Shown: piece by piece, positions 57,802 to 64,000 of the stretch
Position numbering within the stretch: the first letter of the stretch is position 1
Layout: each line of letters begins with the position of its first letter
Assembly (NCBI GenBank): GCA_037045515.1
Contig: JBAOIC010000023.1
Span: 7,093 to 71,092, forward strand
DNA length: 64,000 nt
Direction of reading: 5' to 3'
DNA from: Chitinophagaceae bacterium
GTDB lineage: Bacteria; Bacteroidota; Bacteroidia; Chitinophagales; Chitinophagaceae
Translations under genes and position numbers: made by a program
The notes under the pieces: generated by a model
Databases searched by the model: none
Told to the model about the DNA's origin: nothing
What the model saw: only the letters and a program-made list of their open reading frames with translations

Positions 57802-60231
57802 TTATTCTCTAATTAGTTTAACCACTTTGCTTTCGTTGGCTAAAATAACTTTTACTACATAGCTTCCTTTTGCATAGTTGCTTACATTAATTTGTTGTGT
57901 GTTAGTACCAGCATTTAAAACAATTGTTTTGCGGTGTACAATTTGTCCAAACATATTGCTAACTACTATTTCTCCTGTTTGATTTTGCTCAGTAGTAATA
58001 CTTAGTGTTGCAGTATTTTTTACAATTGTAGGATATACAGTTACGTCAACCCCTTTTGAGTTTGCTTTTAAAGCTACTATATTACTATAAGTAAACTTGC
58101 CATCTTTATCAATCATTTTTAAGCGATAATAATGTATTGAAGCAGTTTTATTTATTTCGTGTGTAGCAGTATATGATTTTGTAGTTGTAGCATTACCACT
58201 AGCTGCAAGTTCTGTAACTTTTGTAAAATTATTGCCGTTGTTGCTATACTCTACCTCAAAATGGCTGGTATTAATTTCTTGACTTGTTTGCCAATTTAAG
58301 TTAACAAATCCATTTTGTAGTTTACCATTAAAATTGGTGAGTGTAACTGGTAGGGTACTTTCACTAGTATATAATTCAGCTACTTCCGTTGGAGATAATG
58401 TTCTATTATAAATTTTCAAATCATCAATATCTGCTTGAAGTGATGCAGAAGAAAATAATTGACCAAGATAAAAAGTTGTGCTATTTGCTGTGCTCCAGCC
58501 AGTTTTAGTATCTGTTTTTACCAACACCCCATTAATATAAATTGATACAATTGATCCTACCGAATTAAATGTAACTACATAATGCTTCCAAGTGTTTAAT
58601 GGTGTAGTAACAGTATGTGTTACATCATTTGCCCATCCATAATTATTTATAGTTGTGGGTTGTATAGAAAATCCATAACACTGATTAGCAACAGAATTTC
58701 CATAATTAAAAACAAAATTATCTGAAGAAATTGAAGACATTTTAACCCAAATACTTACACTTCTACTATTATTTCCAATTGGCAATGATGGTAAAGATGC
58801 CGATGTTCCATTATTATTAAACCTCATAGCTCTACTAGCAATACTAAATCTATCTGGTACAAAACTAATTGCAATACTGTTTGCAAATGATACAGAGTTT
58901 GTGGTATTGGCATAGGAGTTATTAAAATCAAATTGATATATTGGTGCTGAAACGCTGATTGAAACTGAATATAAATTTTGCACTTCAGTTGCTGTTAAAG
59001 CAGTATTAAAAATTTTCAAATCATCAATTGCTCCATTAAAAAAGCCTGCAATGCCTTCTTCTGATAATCCCAATCTAAAAATATTACTGTTATTTACCGT
59101 ATTTAATGTTAAAGTTTGTGTGCTTATTAATGCACCATCCCTATAAATTCTAGAGGTGGTACCATCGTAGGTAAATACTAAATACATCCAAGTATTTAAA
59201 ACTGTAGAAGATGTCGTAGAATGATTGGCACCACTACCAAAATGAATGATATTAGTTGCATTCAAATAAGCACCATTACCAGTAGTACCAGTGCCATAAT
59301 TATGTAAAAAATTAAATCCAGCACTATTCAGCGTATTTAATTTAACCCACATAGCAACAGACCTTGAAGCACTACCATAAGGTAAGCTAGGTAGTGTTGC
59401 TGTAGAGCCAGAATTATTAATATTAACAGCACTATTGGCATTGCCAAATCTATCAGCAACGTAGCTAATACTTGGGTTGTTAGCAAAAGAAAAAACATTG
59501 GTGGTGTCGCTTAAAACATTATTAAATTTGAAACTATACTGAGGTATTGAACCAGGATTATATGAATTTGCTACTTCTGTTGCTGTTAAAGCAGTATTAT
59601 AAATTTGTAAATCATCTAAAGCACCATTAAATTGAAGCTCATTGCCAACACCTATACCAATTTTAAAAAAGGATGATCCACTATTAACGGTATTCCAACT
59701 ATATGGAGCCGATCCTAACAATACGCCATTTTTATATATCCTACTTGTTGTACCATCATAAGTAAAAGCCATAAAATACCAAACTCCAACTGTATTGGTT
59801 GTAGCAACTGAATGATTATTGTTATAGCCAAGATGAAAGGCAAGACTACTATTTATAGCACCACCATTTGATTGGGAAGTTGAAGGTGCTCCGTATGAAT
59901 ACAAAAAATTGTAGCCAGAAGCATTAAAACTATTTAATTTAACCCAAACACAAACCGTTCTTGCACCATTACCATAAATTAAGTTAGGAATAGTTGCTAT
60001 AGAGCCAGTATTGTTTATATTAATGGCACCATTCGAAGTTCCAAATCTATCAGTTGTAAAACTTGTACCAGCATTACTGGCAAAACTAACATTACCTGCC
60101 TCATTGGTATAGGAATTATTAAATTTAAACTCCTGTATTGGTGTTTGTGCATTTGCCAAACTTAAACAACCAAATACCAAACAAATGGCTAAAGCAATAG
60201 CATTTTTTTTAATGTGTAACATTATACTCAT
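57802..60231 (-). CDS. T9SS C-terminal-sorting-domain protein with three LamG/concanavalin-like lectin domains
   Basis: Signal peptide MSIMLHIKKNAIALAICLVFGCLSLANAQ. Three roughly 190-aa repeats (F.FNN...DRFG...A..INN.GS.A..P.L.YG...R.V..WVKL...Y.DG...IY.NG...LDDL.IYN.ALTATEV). The C-terminal beta-sandwich YPTIVKNTATLSI...KGSYVVKVILANESKVVKLIRE is typical of T9SS type A sorting domains. Confidence 0.8.
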   Translation of the reverse strand: MSIMLHIKKNAIALAICLVFGCLSLANAQTPIQEFKFNNSYTNEAGNVSFASNAGTSFTTDRFGTSNGAININNTGSIATIPNLIYGNGARTVCVWVKLNSFNASGYNFLYSYGAPSTSQSNGGAINSSLAFHLGYNNNHSVATTNTVGVWYFMAFTYDGTTSRIYKNGVLLGSAPYSWNTVNSGSSFFKIGIGVGNELQFNGALDDLQIYNTALTATEVANSYNPGSIPQYSFKFNNVLSDTTNVFSFANNPSISYVADRFGNANSAVNINNSGSTATLPSLPYGSASRSVAMWVKLNTLNSAGFNFLHNYGTGTTGNGAYLNATNIIHFGSGANHSTTSSTVLNTWMYLVFTYDGTTSRIYRDGALISTQTLTLNTVNNSNIFRLGLSEEGIAGFFNGAIDDLKIFNTALTATEVQNLYSVSISVSAPIYQFDFNNSYANTTNSVSFANSIAISFVPDRFSIASRAMRFNNNGTSASLPSLPIGNNSRSVSIWVKMSSISSDNFVFNYGNSVANQCYGFSIQPTTINNYGWANDVTHTVTTPLNTWKHYVVTFNSVGSIVSIYINGVLVKTDTKTGWSTANSTTFYLGQLFSSASLQADIDDLKIYNRTLSPTEVAELYTSESTLPVTLTNFNGKLQNGFVNLNWQTSQEINTSHFEVEYSNNGNNFTKVTELAASGNATTTKSYTATHEINKTASIHYYRLKMIDKDGKFTYSNIVALKANSKGVDVTVYPTIVKNTATLSITTEQNQTGEIVVSNMFGQIVHRKTIVLNAGTNTQQINVSNYAKGSYVVKVILANESKVVKLIRE

Positions 60232-60321
60232 ATTATATATTTTTAAGCAAAGTAGTATTGCCAAAATATTTTATAGGAAATATTTTGTGAAATGCACGTT
60301 TGAGTTTGTTAGCGGTTTCTA

Positions 60322-60366
60322 CAAATAAAAAAAGGTCTGTAAATGTTGATTTTCATCAAAACATTT
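60322..60366 (+). repeat. right copy of the roughly 45-bp direct repeat (truncated terminator half)
   Basis: CAAATAAAAAAAGGTCTGTAAATGTTGATTTTCATCAAAACATTT. It differs from the left copy by 2 substitutions and 1 A-run indel, and it lacks the ACAGACC 3' arm. Confidence 0.85.
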
Positions 60367-60685
60367 TGAAGAAAGTTTAGCTACCATACCACACTTTTTT
60401 CGATGTCACAAATCGTACATTGTAAATACATTATCCATTGTACAGTATGTAAAAAGTGATAAAGATTATTTAATGTTGACCAATGGTTTAACTGCCTCAA
60501 TTTCTCCAGAAAAAGTAGATTCGTTTATAGAATTAATGCGATAAATTTCAACTTTATCCAAATTCATAACAATTACTTAGCTTTTGTACTTGGTTAAATA
60601 AAATAATCCTACTATTTTCGCCACCCAATTAATCGTAATTGGATTAAACAATATTTGTTCACAGCCTTTAAATTTCTATTTAATC

Positions 60686-61175
60686 ATGGCAGTAAAAATG
60701 AGATTACAAAGACACGGCAGCAAAAAACGCCCTTTCTACTTTATAGTAGTGGCCGATGCTCGTGCACCAAGAGATGGTAAGTTTATTCAAAAAATTGGAA
60801 CTTACAATCCATTAACTGTTCCTGCAACCATTCAGCTAGATCGTCAAAAAGCTTTAGATTGGTTACACAAAGGAGCTCAACCTACCGATACGGTAAGAAG
60901 AATTCTCTCTTTCAAAGGAGTGTTGTTTTTAAAGCACTTATTACGTGGTGTTAAACTTAGGTTTGTTTGATGATGCTACAGCAATGACTAAGTTTCAAGC
61001 TTGGCATGAAGAGCATGAAGCAAATGTTAAACGTCGTAACGATAGTCATCGTACACAACAACGTCAACGTAGAGCTTATGTTCCACCAGTGCGTAAAGTT
61101 GAAGAAGCACCAGTTGCAGCACCAACTCCAGTAGCTGAGGAAACTCCAGCTGCAGAAGGTACAACAGAAGCTTAA
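60686..61175 (+). CDS. rpsP: 30S ribosomal protein S16 with a C-terminal extension; single inserted A near 60959
   Basis: Reads [42 protein letters not shown]... The pieces 60686..60970 and 60945..61175 join as ...[27 protein letters not shown]... Confidence 0.92.
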
Positions 61176-61195
61176 TTAAGTATTTTTATCTTTAT

Positions 61196-61233
61196 AAAAA
61201 TCCCTACTCATTTGTTATGAGTAGGGATTTTTT
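61196..61233. terminator. bidirectional terminator
   Basis: A5-TCCCTACTCA-TTTGTTA-TGAGTAGGGA-T6, between convergent rpsP and the membrane-protein gene. Confidence 0.8.
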
Positions 61234-61741
61234 AGTTTGGTAGAAGTAAAGGACCAATAATTTTAAACCATAGTAAAACTCCTGTAATACATCCTAGTAG
61301 TTGGGCAAATATGAATACACTTCTTTGTGCTTTAGGAATAAAAATAAATATTACTGTATAACATATAAAAATAGCTATAAGTCCTAACGGCAAAAGAATT
61401 AGTAAGGGAGAAACTTCTATTGTATCTGCTATATTAATTTCATTTATTATTAGCAAATCCTCTTTCTTCATAATTAATACAAACAAGTAAATCAAAAGAA
61501 GAAATAATTCCCTCAACCAAAATAATGATAGAAATATGGCAACCCAATTTTTAAATGATAAATCAATTGGTACAAATTTTTGTTTGTTTTTCTTTAATAA
61601 ATAAACAAATCCTAGCGTACCCAAGAGTATAAAAATTGTTGGTGCAACACTCCATATTAATACTTGTTCAACTTTCTGTTGGGTTACAGATTCTGTTTGT
61701 TTATTTTTTTGAATGAAATCAACATTCATTCCATTTTTATA
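61232..61741 (-). pseudogene. C-terminal part of a multi-TM membrane protein gene split by the IS
   Basis: ORF 61232..61729, plus four in-frame codons (YKNG) upstream reaching the target-site duplication. Confidence 0.7.
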
Positions 61742-61744
61742 AAT

Positions 61745-62673
61745 GAAGTTGTTTAGACTTTTTATATTAGAGAGAAAATACTAACAAAAGAAAAAGACAC
61801 CCAGTTGATATTGAAATTTGTTTTTGCACAACAAAACTTAATATTCTGGGAGTCTTACACGAAGATAAAATAGCAAGATTAATATTACCACATTTAAGTA
61901 GAGGTAAAAGAGGATTTAATTCAAAAGTAGATTTGACAAAAGTGGTTAGTTTAATATTTAAGCGTTTAAAAACAGGTTGTCAATGGAGAGAATTGAGCAT
62001 AAAAGAATACTTTTTTGAGAATGAAATTACTTGGCAAGGGGTATATTATTATTACAATAAATGGAGTAAAGATGATTCATGGAAACGAGTATGGATAAGC
62101 ATTCTGAGAGATTATAAACAACTCTTAGATTTATCTAGTATTCAATTAGATGGTAGTCACACTATAGCAAAAAGAGGGGGTTCAGCAGTAGGCTATCAAG
62201 GTAGAAAATCTGCAAAGACTAGCAATAGTTTATTCTTGTGTGATAATACTGGACAGATGCTTACAGTAAGCAGCCCACAATCAGGAGAACATAATGATTT
62301 ATTCAATATTACACAACTCTTTGAAGAACTAACAAGTGTATTGATAGAGGCAGGAATTGAAATAAAAGGTTTATTTATGAATGCAGATGCAGGGTTTGAT
62401 AAAGAAGAATTTCGTGAAGCATGCAGTGCAAAAGAAATTGAAACAAATATTGCTAGTAATCGAAGAAATCAAAAGTATTCTAATCAATGTTATCAGTACT
62501 TTGATGAAGCTATTGTACAAACGCCGAACTAAGATAGAACATGCAAATGCTTGGATGGATAGCTTTAAAGCACTATTAGTAAGGTTTGAAACAAATGCTA
62601 AAAACTGGATGGCGTTACAATGGATGGCGTTATCTATAATGTTTTGCAAAAAAATAAAAGTCTAAACAACTTC
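61745..62673 (+). mobile_element. small insertion sequence (about 0.93 kb, IS5-family-like DDE transposase) with 18-bp terminal inverted repeats and a 3-bp AAT target duplication
   Basis: Left end GAAGTTGTTTAGACTTTT (61745-61762). The right end AAAAGTCTAAACAACTTC (62656-62673) is its exact reverse complement. AAT flanks both ends (61742-61744 and 62674-62676). Confidence 0.85.
61933..62665 (+). pseudogene. IS5-family-like DDE transposase, one frameshift near 62508; 5' end uncertain
   Basis: Reads ...FKRLKTGCQWRELSIKEY...LDGSHTIAKRGG...FMNADAGFDKEEF...YFDE / LYKRRTKIEHANAWMDSFKALLVRFETNAKNW. The in-frame sequence HEDKIARLILPHLSRGKRGF continues upstream to at least 61858 with no ATG or GTG start. 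Confidence 0.75.
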
Positions 62674-62676
62674 AAT

Positions 62677-62880
62677 AGTATATCCATTCACTCTTTCAAC
62701 AATAGTATCTTTTTCACTTTTCTTACACATGCCCGTTTGGTTATAGCTAATGCTTATTTCATAGGAAAAAAATTTAGCTAAAGGATAAAATGAAAAAAGC
62801 TGAATTAAAATAGCAATTATCGTCAATGTAATAGATGCAAGTACCGCTCTAAGAAATAGGTTCACATTATAAAACTTCAT
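62677..62880 (-). pseudogene. N-terminal part of the membrane protein gene split by the IS
   Basis: MKFYNVNLFLRAVLASITLTIIAILIQLFSFYPLAKFF...ERVNGYT. The annotated ORF then reads into the IS end (I-E-V-V-stop). Confidence 0.7.
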
Positions 62881-63011
62881 TACCAAATAAATGTTTTACT
62901 AAAAATAGTCTAAATTATTTCATCCACTTACTCTAAGCTACAATTGATTTTGCTATTCTTAAACATAATAAATTTGCAAATTACATGTACATACATTAAT
63001 TTTACACCCTC

Positions 63012-63932
63012 ATGCAACAAGTATTAGACATATTAAAATTGGCACATAGAGGTGGAATAGAACCTAGTATGGACTTATTGCATCAAAAAGAACAGAGTAT
63101 TCCAGGTTCAATTAATTATCATATTCGTCGCTACTTTGCACAACATCCTTGGGTTGCCGACGATGCAGGTATGATGGTGTATCATTACAACGAAAAGAGA
63201 CCAAGTGACAACTTTTTAGAGCTTCGTTTTTGTACAACTGGCAATAAATATTGTTATGATAAAAGTTGTAGCTTCTGCGAAAAACAACCTACCAATTGCC
63301 AAGGTCAACAAGCAACGGTAGATGTTTTTACTTTTCATTTTTCTTCAACTTTCTTAAATCAGTTTACACATAATGTTAAATTGAGTAATAGAAAAGATGA
63401 AGTATTGGCATTTAAACATCCCAACGCATTTACCAAAGTTTTTCCTATTTGCAATAAGAAGAGAAATGTTTTAGATGCTTTGTTAAACCATAGTTATACT
63501 GGTGCATTAGAAAATATTTTCATCAATGCAAAAATTCATGAACTACTTTTGTATAGTTTAGATTGTTTGGTAGATGAAAAAGAAGAAGGTTTTACTTGTA
63601 AGTTTTTAGAAGATGAATATAGCCGTAATGGAATTTATTCGGCTAGAGATATTTTGTTACAGCACATTGGCGATCCTATTACTATAAAAGAATTAAGTCG
63701 AAAGGTTGCCATGAATGAATGTTACCTGAAGAAAGGTTTCAAAGAAATTTTTGGTACCACAATTTTCGATTTCTATCAACAACAAAGAATGGAACATGCC
63801 AAATATTTGTTGTACGAAAAAGCATTAAGTGTTACAGATGTTTCAGCTTTGTTAGGCTACTCTTCCATTTCACATTTTTCTGCAGCATTCAAAAAACACA
63901 CAGGCTTAAAACCTTGTGATTTATTAAAATAG
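63012..63932 (+). CDS. AraC-family transcriptional regulator
   Basis: 306 aa. C-terminal double HTH ITIKELSRKVAMNECYLKKGFKEIFGTTIFDFYQQQRMEHAKYLL...VTDVSALLGYSSISHFSAAFKKHTGLKP. Confidence 0.88.
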   Translation: MQQVLDILKLAHRGGIEPSMDLLHQKEQSIPGSINYHIRRYFAQHPWVADDAGMMVYHYNEKRPSDNFLELRFCTTGNKYCYDKSCSFCEKQPTNCQGQQATVDVFTFHFSSTFLNQFTHNVKLSNRKDEVLAFKHPNAFTKVFPICNKKRNVLDALLNHSYTGALENIFINAKIHELLLYSLDCLVDEKEEGFTCKFLEDEYSRNGIYSARDILLQHIGDPITIKELSRKVAMNECYLKKGFKEIFGTTIFDFYQQQRMEHAKYLLYEKALSVTDVSALLGYSSISHFSAAFKKHTGLKPCDLLK

Positions 63933-64000
63933 TGTAATAGGTTTATGCATTTGTAAATGCACGAATATTAAGCTATAAAATTTTCTGCTACTTTTACTGC

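Noticed and set aside
57490-57812. ORFs 57490..57798 and 57630..57812, which encode repeated FVFFVPLWFNFY.RDRETQSF peptides.
   Set aside because: - They are a direct by-product of translating the 77-78-bp tandem DNA repeat.
- They have no plausible start context and sit between convergent genes.
5489-60959. An apparent pattern in which several inserted bases are an A placed between T and G, creating TAG (near 5489, 46602, 57217 and 60959).
   Set aside because: - There are only four cases.
- Other insertions are C or G in other contexts, and A insertions are expected in AT-rich DNA.
- The sample is too small to call a signature.
62490-62520. Programmed ribosomal frameshift in the IS transposase, as some IS families use one.
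   Set aside because: - I saw no slippery heptamer (A AAA AAG-type) at the shift point.
- The same kind of single-base lesion occurs in ffh, rpsP and other genes, so a consensus error is the simpler explanation.
- It cannot be fully excluded without other copies.

Overview
The window is a two-part mosaic. Positions 1-9336 are very GC-rich, roughly 70-75% by eye. Their gene content is Actinobacteria-type: bioB plus a BsaP-like zinc-ribbon gene, a CvnA-like sensor kinase with a Roadblock/LC7 gene, a DrrAB-type ABC-2 exporter, an F420/LLM-class oxidoreductase and an aldehyde dehydrogenase. Almost every gene there is broken by single-nucleotide frameshifts, nearly all resolvable as +1 insertions. 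Two genes are truncated at internal scars.

From about 9381 to 64000 the DNA is roughly 33-38% GC and looks like an ordinary Bacteroidota chromosome (Chitinophagaceae/Sphingobacteriia-like). It carries:
- a tyrosine-integrase module next to mnmE
- exbB-exbD-exbD-tonB
- a secreted Zn-metalloprotease and an SF1 helicase
- a TolC plus adaptor pair
- a cobalamin riboswitch followed by btuB and a CWC gene
- GH31, adenine deaminase, a CDF transporter and a Tat-signal SOD
- lptF/G, rpoD, ffh and rpsP
- a T9SS LamG protein, a small IS element and an AraC regulator

I saw no rRNA, tRNA or CRISPR array.

Main anomalies:
1. An abrupt inter-phylum breakpoint at about 9337-9380, directly beside the integrase module. 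A chimeric or contaminant join is favoured. Genuine acquisition would be remarkable.
2. An insertion-biased frameshift load that is much denser on the high-GC side.
3. A second fusion scar at about 8553-8575.
4. Phased GTTGC/GCAAC motif arrays upstream of the integrase-module HTH gene.
5. A roughly 45-bp direct repeat bracketing a LamG/T9SS cassette inserted between ffh and rpsP.
6. A 77-78 bp tandem hairpin repeat.
7. An IS insertion with a 3-bp target duplication whose removal restores one membrane-protein ORF.

I could not identify a coherent new multi-gene system such as a defence, toxin or biosynthetic cluster.
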